A stretch of DNA of 64,000 bases from Synechococcus sp. (GCA_047284725.1 JBJBEO010000001.1:352001-416000), one strand, 5' to 3'; counted from the first letter of the stretch, positions 19,809 to 29,960 are shown. The notes: generated from the sequence alone by a model not told the origin. Numbers and translations: made by a program.

Positions 19809-21207
19809 TTGACCAACAAACTCATCGTCGGCAGTGAGGAGTGGTGCTCACTGCCAGGGCTTGGATTGCCGGCGATTAAGGCACGCGTCGATTCCGGCGC
19901 GGCGACGTCGTCGTTGCATGCCTTCAACATCCGTCCCCTTCCAGAGGGATGGTGAGCTGTGGATCAGTTTTGAGGTGCATCCGCTTCAGAACAACCGCAG
20001 TGTGGTGGTGCGCCATGAGGCGCCGGTGCTGCAGCAACGCAGCGTGCGCAACACCAGCGGCATTTCTGAAAACCGCTACGTGATTCGGGAAGAGTTGGTG
20101 CTCGGCGAGCAGCGTTGGCCGATTGAACTCACCCTCACCAACCGGGATGCGATGGGCTACCGGATGCTCCTCGGTCGTGAGGCGATGGTGGGGCGTGTGC
20201 TTGTGGATCCTGAGGGGAGCCATCAACTGGGCGACGTTGAACCGTCACAGCTGGAAGCGATGTATGCGGCCTTGCGCACCGAACGCACGGGGCTCCGCAT
20301 TGCACTGTTGGCTTCTGATCCAGATCTCTACAGCAACCGCCGATTGCTGGAGGCGGGTGAGGAGCGTGGTCACCGCATGGAGTTTCTCAGCGTCAAGCAG
20401 TGCTACATGCGGCTAGATCCGCAAAACCCCGAGATGCATTACCGGGGCGGCAATGTGCTCGAGCGAATCGATGCGGTGATTCCTCGCATCCGTCCGAGCG
20501 TCACTTTCTACGGATGCGCGATCACGCGTCAGTTTGAGTCGATGGGCATTCGTGTTCTTAATGCCGCTGAACCGATCAAACGATCCCGCGACAAACTTCT
20601 GGCATCACAGCTGTTTGTTCGTCATGGGCTGAACATGCCGGTCACCGGTTTTGCCAGTTCTCCGCTCGACACCAAAGATCTGATCAAGATGGTGGGCGGT
20701 GCACCGTTGATCCTCAAGCTTCTGGAGGGAGCCCAGGGGCGCGGCGTCGTTTTGGCAGAAACCCAGAAGGCTGCAGAAAGTGTGATCAATGCCATGAAGA
20801 GCCTGAACGCCAACCTTCTGGTTCAGGAATTCATCAAAGAAGCTGGCGGGAAGGACCTGCGTTGTTTCGTGATTGGCAACAAGGTGGTGTCGGCAATTGA
20901 GCGGACAGCTGCTGTGGGCGATTTTCGCTCCAACATTCACCAGGGTGGTTCCGCTCAGGCGGTGCGCATCCGACCTGAGGAGCGCAAGCTGGCTGTTGCA
21001 GCGACACGGGCTCTCGGCCTTGATGTGGCCGGTGTGGACATCATCCGCTCGGAGCGTGGGCCCTTGCTTCTGGAGGTTAATTCCAGCCCTGGGCTCGAGG
21101 GAATTGAAACGGCGACGGGTAAGGATCTTGCCGGTCAAATGATTCAGGAAGTGGAGCGAAAACTGAGTTGGGTTCGCTCCTGTTATGTGCCTACTTTGGT
21201 CGCTTAG
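19809..21207 (+). pseudogene. rimK: RimK-family ATP-grasp ligase with N-terminal aspartic-protease-like (ATP-dependent Zn protease family) domain; +1 frameshift near 19931
   Basis: TTG at 19809 gives [41 protein letters not shown]. One extra C shifts it out of [10 protein letters not shown]...MLLGREAM...FRSNIHQGG...[13 protein letters not shown]. Confidence 0.88.
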
Positions 21208-21218
21208 TGATATGGCTG

Positions 21219-21247
21219 TTGAGCGGAAGTTATGGCTCTCCGCTCAA
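21219..21247. terminator. Hairpin after rimK
   Basis: TTGAGCGGA...TCCGCTCAA inverted repeat. Confidence 0.45.
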
Positions 21248-21567
21248 TCAAGGTTTTAGTTTCTCCATGTATGTGCTTTGATGCTGGCTCTGCTGGTGTT
21301 TGTTATTTGGCTTGATTCTATATCATTGCGTCTATCGCGAAGGTGTTGATTAAATGTATCTACCTCTTAAGAACTGGTGCCGCAGCTTGTTTGCTATCGC
21401 ATCGCCTCTAGCGCAGAGCTGAGCAGCTAGCCATGGTTATACAGTCCTTGTTGCCGACTGAGTATCTTTGCAGCCTTTGGATTTGAGGGACGAAGGTCTC
21501 ATGAATAGCCTGACTTAATGCGTGAGCCAGTACTTTGAATTGATGACTTGGCTTCAGCAATGGTGGA

Positions 21568-22818
21568 TTAGTAAACAAAAGGTGGAAGGTAGTCATTCCC
21601 ATGGAGTTGATTCTCGCGTCGAAGTGATGCGCCAGCTGCTTGGATCTCTTCAACCGAACTGACTCCTGTGAGCTGCATCGCTCGTACCAAATCAGCCTTG
21701 AGGATTTCAAACACCCGCCTGAGTCCGCTATCACCTCCAGCACCAATACCAGCTACCATCGCACGGCCAATCCCAACTGCACGAATGCCATAGGTGAGGG
21801 CAATAAAAATATCGGTGCCATTGCGAATACCTCCATCCATCAAGAATTCAAGCTTCGAATCCTTCAGCTTCGGCATCTCGTTTTGGAGCATATGTAGTGT
21901 TGGTTGAACCCGGTCCATCTGTCGACCACCATGGTTTGACCAGACCACCCCATTGGCGCCGCAATCTTCGGCACGCTGAGCATCCTCAGCGCAATGCACA
22001 CCTTTGATGATCAGGGGGGCGTCGTTGCCCCAGGCCTGCTTGATCCACTCCAGATCGCTCCAGGTGATTGCTGATTCAGCCAACTGAGTGCCGATATCGG
22101 TAAAGGGCATCGGCTTACCTTCAGCATCAATGATGTTGACAAACTCCATCACGCCGTGATCGGAGAAAAAGTCGATCAACCAGTTGAACCTTGGCAGCAT
22201 TTGTGGAGCAAGCGAGATCATTCGCCGCAGTGATCTCAGTTTTTGCTGCAGAGTCAATCCCTCCCAGGATCGCATTGCCTCCAACGGCTTCATCCGGGCA
22301 TGCACCAGCCTCTGCCCAGAGACGCTGGTGTCAATGGTCAGGACCAGTGCTGTGAAGCCGGCTTTCTTCGCGCGTTCGATGCCGCGAAGTGCTGTCTCCT
22401 TGCCTCCGCAGAGATAGAGCTGGAACCAGCAGGAATTGCTGGAAGCCTGCGCTACCTCCTCCATGAGTGTGCCTGAAAGGGTTGAAAGGCCCATAACGGT
22501 GCCGAACTCCCCCGCCACTTTTGCCGCAACTGCTTCCGCTTTCGGATAGAGCGTGCGCAGGCTGCCTACAGGAGTGATGTACCAAGGGAGCTGAATCCTA
22601 TGATCCAGGACCGTGGTGGAGGTGTCGACTGTCTCAAAGCGCGTAGCTCCCTCAGCATTGACGAAGCTCTGCTGAAAGGCTCGGACATTGGCATGCAGTG
22701 TGATTTCTGCATCAGCACCACCTCGGAAGTATTCGGAGACAACAGGCGGCACTCGCCGTTGCATACGGCACCAGATGTCTTCTACTGTCAGGCAATCTTT
22801 GAAATCATCTGTAGGCAT
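21568..22818 (-). CDS. FMN-dependent alpha-hydroxy acid oxidase/dehydrogenase (LldD/glycolate oxidase family)
   Basis: YFRGGA, WFQLY, LTID, IIKGV, SNHGGRQMD and DGGIRNGTD motifs. Confidence 0.93.
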   Translation of the reverse strand: MPTDDFKDCLTVEDIWCRMQRRVPPVVSEYFRGGADAEITLHANVRAFQQSFVNAEGATRFETVDTSTTVLDHRIQLPWYITPVGSLRTLYPKAEAVAAKVAGEFGTVMGLSTLSGTLMEEVAQASSNSCWFQLYLCGGKETALRGIERAKKAGFTALVLTIDTSVSGQRLVHARMKPLEAMRSWEGLTLQQKLRSLRRMISLAPQMLPRFNWLIDFFSDHGVMEFVNIIDAEGKPMPFTDIGTQLAESAITWSDLEWIKQAWGNDAPLIIKGVHCAEDAQRAEDCGANGVVWSNHGGRQMDRVQPTLHMLQNEMPKLKDSKLEFLMDGGIRNGTDIFIALTYGIRAVGIGRAMVAGIGAGGDSGLRRVFEILKADLVRAMQLTGVSSVEEIQAAGASLRRENQLHGNDYLPPFVY

Positions 22819-23014
22819 GGTGTAAGTGCATACAATTTGCCTATTTGATAGCTAATCAACTGGCTTTCGGCTGTGATTCCCGCGCTCCACCCAACTGCCT
22901 TTAAGAAAGAATTCACGCAGTTCAGGCCAAGGAGAGCCACACGCGCATGTAATGTGTGAAATAATCGTGAAAAATGATCAAAGTTTTCAGCTGTTGATTA
23001 CAGAAGAAATGTGA

Positions 23015-23230
23015 TTACTGGCGGAAGAAGGCCTCAGCTAGCCCTCTTGTCATCGTCTGCCAGGCCTCCATGGCGTTGTGCCTGAGCATGTGCCTCATGA
23101 CGGGCTGCCGACTACCACTCAACTGCTTTGTCTTGGCTTCAACCCACTTGGAATGGGTTGAGGCCAAGGCATTCTGGAATGAAGACCAGCAGCAGGTGCT
23201 GCTGGTCTTCATTATCCGCCCTTCCTTCTG
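23015..23230 (-). pseudogene. DUF1651-family relic
   Basis: KWVEAKT...RHMLRHNAMEAWQTM matches the intact copy at 44588-44860 (RRMLRHNAIDTW); frameshifted. Confidence 0.65.
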
Positions 23231-23621
23231 CTCCTGTGGGTGTTGCTCTTGAGTTCCATCAGCAGGTCGTCGAATAGATCTGCTGATTGATAAAATCAAG
23301 CTAAGATAATATGCAGGACCTAGCAAATATTTGGCGCATATTGTGTTGCTGTGCTGCACGAACAGTCATAAGTTATTCAGCCGTTGATTGATTGCCTAGT
23401 TGGGTTGTGATCTTGTCATCAGAGTAAGTACCTTGCTTGTCTCCTCGCGCAAGCTTGGTATTGCCGCGATTGACCTATCACCGCAAGAAGTTACCTGAAT
23501 CAAGTCTTGATTTGGTTAAGTCTTTTTCATCCCTTGGGGACACCTAAAACCGCAAAAAACGGTCGGTAGGCAGGGGCGTCTCTAAACGTTTCTAGGATGT
23601 CATCGTGGTTGAAGTGTTGCC

Positions 23622-25151
23622 ATGGCTGTCTCGGGGGAAGTGCTGGCTGAAGCGTTTGATCTGAGCTCTTTGCTCGAGACCGGGTTGGGTGCGGACCCCG
23701 ACGCGGCTGCGTTATGGGACCTGCACAAGTCCATCAGCTGGATCGAGCTGGATCGAGCCAGTGAGGCTCTGGCGCTGTACTACCGGCAAATCGGTCTTCG
23801 ACCGGGTGATCGCATTGCCTCGCTGATGCCAAACTGTTTTGAGTTGTTGATTCACTACCTGGCGGGGTTGCGCTGCGGGCTTGTTCTTACCCCTTTGAAC
23901 TACCGCTATGCCGTTCACGACATCAATTACGCCTTGGAGTTGAGTGGTGCGAAGGCCTTTCTGCATCACTGCGAACGTTCCGCAGACATCGACGCCAGCC
24001 AGGCTTCAAGCCTTTGCGAGTTCGGTTTGATTACCGCAACAGATGGAGGTTTTACCCATCAGCTGGATTCGGTCGCTGGTTCGTTGCCTTGGAGCAAACA
24101 GGCTCCCGATCAACCGTGCTTTTTGTTCTTTACCTCCGGCAGCACTGGGCGTCCTAAAGGTGTCACCCACACCTGGAGCAGCCTGGGGTGGCTCTTGGCG
24201 TCACTGCAGCAATCGTGTGGCTTTGCCCGTGGCGAAGGCTTCCTAGCCGGTAGCTCCTTGTCCCATATCGCCGCCTTGATTCTTGCCATGGGGGCTCTTG
24301 GTCGAGGAACCACAGTGTTGGTGCCGAACACGTTGACGGGTAACAGCCTGGATGTGTTGCTGCGCAACCACCATCCCCAAGTGGTTTGGAGTGTGCCGAC
24401 AATTCTGTTCAGTCTTGTCCGCGACCATGGTCTGCAGCGTGAGGACTTTGCTGCTGTGCGTCTCTGTATTTGTGGAGGTGACAAGGTCTCCCATGAGTTG
24501 CAGCTTGAATTTCAGAATGCATCTGGTTTGCAGATCGATGAGATGTGGGGAATGAGCGAGGTTGGTTGCGCGACCTTGTCGCCGAGAGATAACGAAAATC
24601 GGATCGGATCTGTAGGAAAACTTGCCCCTGGCTATGAAGCCTCAATCCGAGATTCCAATGGGAAAGAGCTGGCGAACGGAGAAGAGGGTTTGCTTTGGAT
24701 TAAGTCTAAGTCAATCACAGTGGGCTATTGGGATAATCCAACTGCTACAGATGAGACGATTCAAGACGGATGGCTGAATACCGGTGACGTCATGCGCATC
24801 GATGATGATGAATATCTATGGTTTTGCGGTCGGCTTAAGCAGATCATTGTTCATGACGGATCGAATATCTGTCCCCAAGAGGTAGAAGAGACCTTGATGG
24901 ATCATCCAGCCGTTGATCAGGCTTGTGTGGTTGGTGTCGACAATCTTTTGCATGGACAAAATGTCCAGGCATTTGTTGTTTTCAAGGAAGGGGTTCCACC
25001 CGTGGCGCCAGCAGACTTGATTGCCTTTGTGAGAGAACGGGTTGGCTATAAGGCGCCAGAAGTGGTGAAGTCGCTCCCCTTCATGCCGCTCAACTCTGTT
25101 GGGAAGGTCGATCGTGTGGCAATGATCGCCATGGCCAATGCTCAGAGGTGA
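23622..25151 (+). CDS. AMP-binding acyl-CoA ligase (class I adenylate-forming enzyme)
   Basis: FTSGSTGRPKG, WGMSE, GYWDN, NTGD and GKVDR motifs. Confidence 0.93.
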   Translation: MAVSGEVLAEAFDLSSLLETGLGADPDAAALWDLHKSISWIELDRASEALALYYRQIGLRPGDRIASLMPNCFELLIHYLAGLRCGLVLTPLNYRYAVHDINYALELSGAKAFLHHCERSADIDASQASSLCEFGLITATDGGFTHQLDSVAGSLPWSKQAPDQPCFLFFTSGSTGRPKGVTHTWSSLGWLLASLQQSCGFARGEGFLAGSSLSHIAALILAMGALGRGTTVLVPNTLTGNSLDVLLRNHHPQVVWSVPTILFSLVRDHGLQREDFAAVRLCICGGDKVSHELQLEFQNASGLQIDEMWGMSEVGCATLSPRDNENRIGSVGKLAPGYEASIRDSNGKELANGEEGLLWIKSKSITVGYWDNPTATDETIQDGWLNTGDVMRIDDDEYLWFCGRLKQIIVHDGSNICPQEVEETLMDHPAVDQACVVGVDNLLHGQNVQAFVVFKEGVPPVAPADLIAFVRERVGYKAPEVVKSLPFMPLNSVGKVDRVAMIAMANAQR

Positions 25152-25497
25152 CTGGGCGCGATCGATCGCGATAGCATATCCGTTAGAATCACATAACTCT
25201 GACGCATCCTGTGTGATTTCGATGGAATCGCGTTCAACGCGATCATCTTGATGTAGTGAATGCATTGAGCAGAAATCTGATCCCAACTAATGGACCCAAA
25301 AATATGAAAAAAGGTCTGTAGATGAGAGCGAATATACTCAAAGTCAAGAGAACCCAGTTCAATGGACTAAAGATCGCCCGCCTAGGCTCGGCTCTACGAG
25401 CTAAGTGACTGAAGAAATCCACAAAGACTTGAAAGAAGACAATCGCATTAAAAAACGGGAGGAATGTATGGAATGCCGCTGTACAGCTTGTGGACCA

Positions 25498-25927
25498 CTA
25501 GGGCATACATCCATCAGAAGTGGTCAGAACAATCTTGATGAGCAAGCCACCTGCGACGATGAATAGCGTCGCAATCACGAGACGTAGGGAACAAATCAAT
25601 TGCCCTACCTGGCCCATGCGGCCCCATAAAGCATGGAACGTGCGGATGTTGCAAATCCAAGCGGCGACACCACCGATCAGGAACAACAAGGCGACTGCTC
25701 CCACGAAAAGTGAATAGTTGCTAAAAATTGAAAAACTATTGCAAGACCGCGAAGTTCAGAGCCACCCCCAGCGGTACTGGATCACCCTTGGTGAGGTCTT
25801 TGCTGGTAAAGCCTGCAGGGTCCGCATTCCCCGTCACAGGATCCGTTCCAGCGAAGTTCTCTGTGGTGAAGTTGTAAGCACCGATGTGGTCGTTCAAACC
25901 GTTATCTGTATTACGAGGCTCAGACAT
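25498..25927 (-). pseudogene. Fragmented membrane-protein gene (two short ORFs)
   Basis: An MSEPRNTDNG... ORF followed closely, in another frame, by a two-TM ORF. Confidence 0.3.
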
Positions 25928-26080
25928 GACTCTCAAAGCAGTAAACGCACAATGCCAGCGAGGGAGGGCGCTGCAGAGCAACTCTCACCCGATCCTCATG
26001 AGGACCTAAGCCAAAATCTAGCCCCTACTTGTCTCCTGAAGCTAATTTCCTTCTTTTATTTTTCAGAAGTTTCTCTGTAA

Positions 26081-27092
26081 ATGGCCAATCTTCTTGAAGC
26101 ATTCGAAGAGCTTTCTCCTAAAAGCCGTGCATCACTGAAAGCGCGCTCCTGGGAGCTGGATAGCGGATAACTACTGAACACTGCTGAGGGAGTTGTTGGC
26201 CCTGCGTCGCTAAACAAAAAAGTCACCATCGTCGTCAACGGCGAAGGTGATGACGGGGTTTTTGATCCTGAGTTTGCGGGTATGAGGCTTAGCTCTAGTG
26301 GGCTGGCTGACGAGCTGACTACTGTACTGATTGCTGGGGACAAAAGCGATACTTTTGTTGGCGTCGGAACTGACTTCGGCGTGCAAGTTTACAAAGGCTC
26401 GGCATTAATTACTGGCGGAGGAAATGATACTATCAACGGCGAAGGAATCAGCGAAACAACCAATGGTGTTGGCGCTAGTGTTACTGTGAACTCAAGCATT
26501 CAAACTGATACTGTAAACGACTCTATTAACGGTGTTGTTGGGCGTAAAGGAGTTTCTGTGGGCGGAGAGGAGACCCAAGAAGAAGGTTCCTGGATTGATA
26601 CAGGCAAAGGAAATGATTCAATTACGGGCAGTAGCGAGACTGGCGTGGGTATTCACGTTGGTGTTAATGGTGAGATCAAAACCGGAGCAGGCAATGACAC
26701 GGTTGATGCCCTGATCGGTGGCTTCGCTGGAAGCTTCAGTGGTGGCGGAAAAATCAGCTTGGGTGCAGACAACGACACCTTAATTGGAGGTGGTTTTGGC
26801 TCCGGGATTACTTTCGACGGTGACGGGTTTTTAGGAGAAGGACAAGTTGCAGGCACTGAAGACAAAATTGTGCTCGATGATGGATTCTATGTGTATACTC
26901 TGATCGGCGAATCTGCAACCCTCGACGATGGTTCAAGAATTATGGAAATCAAAAAATTTTGAACTGATTAGCGGCATTAATGGCACCATCGATCAGTTTG
27001 GTAATGAGTATCAAGCCGGCGAGGCTGACCTCGTCAAGAAGGGTGAGTACGAAATCGTCAACGGCTTCCTAAAGGTAGAGGTGATTGTTTAA
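26081..27092 (+). pseudogene. Gly/Asp-rich RTX-like calcium-binding protein, disrupted
   Basis: Repeats TGGGNDTI, TGKGNDSI, TGAGNDTV and LGADNDTL. In-frame TAA at 26168 and a frameshift at A6 (26951-26956); the restored frame ends at TAA 27090-27092. Confidence 0.75.
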
Positions 27093-27115
27093 GGCGCTGC
27101 CATATCAAGACCCAC

Positions 27116-27144
27116 AAAGCCCTGCCATTCGGCGGGGCTTTTTT
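27116..27144 (+). terminator. Intrinsic terminator
   Basis: AAAGCCCTGCC-ATTC-GGCGGGGCTTTTTT. Confidence 0.8.
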
Positions 27145-27851
27145 AGTGACTGATTGAAGCCATGATCATTGTGCTGCAGAGCTTCCTCTCCCTTCTTATT
27201 CGATTACTCTTTGCCGTCGATACCAATGCTCAGAAAGTTACTGCGTGAACAATGGATTCTTGGATTAGCACTCGCTATTGCTGCGCTTTATTTCGCCCTG
27301 ATCGTGATGCGTCCGTCGGGTGAAGCCCCTTCAGAAAGTTAAACCTGCTCGCACTCTGGGCCTATGGGAGCCCTACGGCATTTGTTCTGGGATTATTCAG
27401 TCTCTGGCGCGCAAACAAGACAACCGAGGGGTTGAAACACCTGGCGGTCGTGATCGGAAGCCTCGGGGTTAGCTTCCCAGTCGTTGCCATGCTGCTGATC
27501 AGAACCAAGTCGTAAGCGTCAGGCAAGAATTTGCTTGGCGCGTGACAGCGTCTCGGCAGAGCTTTGGCTTCTGTTAGCGCAACTTTGTATCGACGGCACC
27601 GGATGCACCGGTGGAGATTGCTGCGGGTGACCTGCTGTTGCTGCTGCGATCAGCGCTCAAGGGGATCGGTTGATCGCTGCGCAGGAGAGCACCAGCCCCT
27701 GGTTCAAGAGGCAAGTGCTCTATGGGGCCCCGTGCAGTGAAGCCCCACCAGCGGATTCAACTCCCGACCCATGAGGAATCGACACCCCTAGGTGGGGACA
27801 TTGATCGTGCTGAGGTTTGCATTCCCTTGGCCCTAGATTCTCCAGAGGCGC

Positions 27852-27914
27852 AAAAAGGCCCCTGTCTTGCGGGGGCGTTGCAGATTAAGTTCGGGCAAGG
27901 GCAGTTAACTGAGC
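27852..27914 (-). ncRNA. Candidate small RNA/terminator element, copy 1
   Basis: Colinear similarity to 36733-36797; GC hairpin plus U tail on the minus strand. Confidence 0.4.
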
Positions 27915-28017
27915 ATCCCAGCCGCATAAGCGACAACATCAGAAATCAGCAGAGCAAAAAGCACAGAAATAATCAGACAGCAAATAGCTTATATATCTAT
28001 TAGTTGTTCTAACGGAG

Positions 28018-28257
28018 TCATAGGCGAGTTGAGCTTACTTCTTGCACCCAGTCACAAGAAATTCCGGCCTTTTGATGGTGCTGGTGAACTGCTTTAGCGC
28101 TGGGAGCATTCAGGATGCAGTAAATACGATCATCTTCTTCGCTGTACAGGATATCGTGATGAGTAACCCCAAACTCGTCTGCAGGTGCATTCTGAAGAGA
28201 GTTGAGTTGATCTGCGGTAAAAGGCTTCATCGGATGAACATCAAGAAACATTGGCAT
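28018..28257 (-). CDS. DUF4242 / SCO4226-like nickel-binding protein
   Basis: MPMFLDVH...YCILNAPSAKAVHQHHQKAG pattern. Confidence 0.8.
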   Translation of the reverse strand: MPMFLDVHPMKPFTADQLNSLQNAPADEFGVTHHDILYSEEDDRIYCILNAPSAKAVHQHHQKAGISCDWVQEVSSTRL

Positions 28258-28467
28258 CTCTCTATTTAGCAGCTAACTTTATTGTTGCCGGTGCCTTTGG
28301 CCCATGCATCAGCACAAGTCACTAGGCTTCACTATTCTCATTTAATTTTCAGTAACACTACTGTCGTTCGTTCAGCAGCTGCCCTTCCCCCTGCTTCAAA
28401 GGGTGTTGATCAGGCAGCTCGGTTGTCTATTGCATCATCACGAGATGCAAACCGGTAGATCTACCAG

Positions 28468-28496
28468 TTGCAATGCACTTAGTGGACATTTAGAAT
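28468..28496 (+). promoter_or_regulatory. Sigma70-type promoter
   Basis: TTGCAA-17 nt-TAGAAT, overlapped upstream by the near-palindrome AACCGGTAGATCTACCAGTT (28450-28469). Confidence 0.55.
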
Positions 28497-28500
28497 GAAT

Positions 28501-28570
28501 ACAGACGCCTACAGAACCGCGTCCTGAAGACGAGGTTTGGCGCCAGGGCGGGTAACTCCCGCCCTTCTTC
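28501..28570 (+). ncRNA. Candidate small RNA of about 70 nt
   Basis: Directly downstream of the promoter; bulged hairpin followed by AGGGCGGG-TAACT-CCCGCCCT-TCTTC. Confidence 0.4.
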
Positions 28571-28583
28571 ATGGCAGAGCAAC

Positions 28584-28625
28584 TCACCGGAGTGATTCGC
28601 ACGCTTCTCCGTCTCCATCCTCATC
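28584..28625 (-). pseudogene. C-terminal relic of a thermonuclease-type gene
   Basis: Encodes DEDGDGEACESLR*, almost identical to DGDGDGEACESLR* at the end of 35340-35981. Confidence 0.7.
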
Positions 28626-28686
28626 AGGCTTCGTTGGTTGCCCACCAACACTGCCATGTTTGCTGGGGCGATGCAGGATGGACACG

Positions 28687-29166
28687 CTATGGATTGACTG
28701 TCAGTTTTGCCGCAAAAAATCCGTGTACATATTTTTTGTAAATGCCTTGCAAGATTTTATTGTATAAAGTGAAATGAAAGTCTGATTCAGCCACTAAAAT
28801 CTCCTTTAATAGCGATCCTACTTCAGGAATTGGATCCTTCTGGTGAACTTCAAGAGCGGCACAGATCTTCTGTGTGAGGGGTTGAATGCGATAGTCTTGA
28901 TCGTGCTCTGAAATGATGTCGTTAAGCTCGCAGAGCAAATAAATAATGGCACCCTCGTTGATCAGTGCTTCATTCAGGTCTAGGCCTTCGTTTCCTTTCT
29001 CTCGCACTTCGGTGGCCAGGAAATTAAAACCATCAAATTCATTTTGATTGAGGTATATGGTTTGATCATTGGTGATGCCTCCTTCATCGAGAAGGTGGTA
29101 GTAAAGCAACAGCACATTGGCCATTGCTTTGTTGCCAATTTCGTAATTTGTGTGATCTATGATCAT
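28687..29166 (-). CDS. Hypothetical protein (159 aa, AT-rich)
   Basis: Clean ORF, co-oriented with the integron cassette upstream. Confidence 0.7.
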   Translation of the reverse strand: MIIDHTNYEIGNKAMANVLLLYYHLLDEGGITNDQTIYLNQNEFDGFNFLATEVREKGNEGLDLNEALINEGAIIYLLCELNDIISEHDQDYRIQPLTQKICAALEVHQKDPIPEVGSLLKEILVAESDFHFTLYNKILQGIYKKYVHGFFAAKLTVNP

Positions 29167-29242
29167 TGTGATTCATTTGTATTCATCAAACTCAATGCAG
29201 CCATCAGGTGGGCCGGTCGGTTCAGTTGGCCCAGCGGACGAA

Positions 29243-29288
29243 GCCTGACAATGATAGTTTCCCAGCCTTACTGGCAGCTTTGTTAGGC
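29243..29288 (-). other. Short, degenerate or truncated attC-like site
   Basis: Minus strand GCCTAAC (RYYYAAC) 23 nt after the cassette stop, then GTCAGGC. Only 46 bp long with poor L-box pairing. Confidence 0.4.
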
Positions 29289-29311
29289 GGCATGGTTCTC
29301 AAGCAGATTAG

Positions 29312-29929
29312 TTAGTGAATCCTCTTCCATTCTTCAATGGGGGCGATCTTGCTGCTGCACTCCTGGAGCCTGGCCTCCGCAAGAGTAAATTCGTCATTTT
29401 TAAATATGTATTCATAGTAGTATCCGCAGTCTCCGGGGCCTCGAAACTTTTTCAGATTGATCAGTCGTCTTGTCTCGCGATTAAACGCCGGAAAGCTGCC
29501 AGAGATCGTTGCTACAGTCTGCTCTCGAAATTTTCCATTTTCCTCTTGTACAATCTCCGTCAGCTGAAGTCGTTTCGCGGTCAGACGTTTTTCATCACGT
29601 ACTTTCACAAAGAAGAGCTCACTTAGGGTCCAATAGGGGCCTAGCCAGCAGTGGACAAACACGATGTATTCTGAATCTCCTACTGGATGAAGTGTTAAGC
29701 CGCTCCAGTCTCGGCTTGGATAGTCAGCTTGTTTCTGGAAGCCTGTTTCGCACTCGGTGGACCAATGCAAAACATTTCGCCATGCTTCTCTGTCTCCAAA
29801 CTTAGGAGTGAGGTTGTCGAACCTGATACCTGACGGAGATGGTGCATCGTTCACGCTCGCCTTTGAAACAGGCACTGAGACGATTGCGCACAGGGTCATG
29901 ACGACTAATGAGAAATAGATTCTGTTCAT
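29312..29929 (-). CDS. Secreted DUF1176-like protein; probable integron gene cassette
   Basis: Signal peptide, CWLGPY and KFRGPGDCG motifs. ATG lies 12 nt after GTTAGCC. Confidence 0.7.
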   Translation of the reverse strand: MNRIYFSLVVMTLCAIVSVPVSKASVNDAPSPSGIRFDNLTPKFGDREAWRNVLHWSTECETGFQKQADYPSRDWSGLTLHPVGDSEYIVFVHCWLGPYWTLSELFFVKVRDEKRLTAKRLQLTEIVQEENGKFREQTVATISGSFPAFNRETRRLINLKKFRGPGDCGYYYEYIFKNDEFTLAEARLQECSSKIAPIEEWKRIH

Positions 29930-29941
29930 CGGTGCTTTGCC

Positions 29942-29960
29942 GGCTAACAGTATTTAGGCG
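29942..29960 (-). other. attI-like integron recombination site
   Basis: Minus strand CGCCTAAATACTGTTAGCC resembles the CCTAAA...GTT core of attI1 and lies between the intI 3' end and the first cassette. Confidence 0.55.

Noticed and set aside
19834..19930. ORF-track N-terminus [12 protein letters not shown]... of RimK
   Set aside because: Wrong frame; the conserved N-terminus starts at TTG 19809.
28570..28658. CATGGCAG...CTGCCATG enclosing sub-hairpins, superficially retron msr/msd-like
   Set aside because: No reverse transcriptase in the window. The interior is better explained as a thermonuclease 3' relic plus a repeat end.
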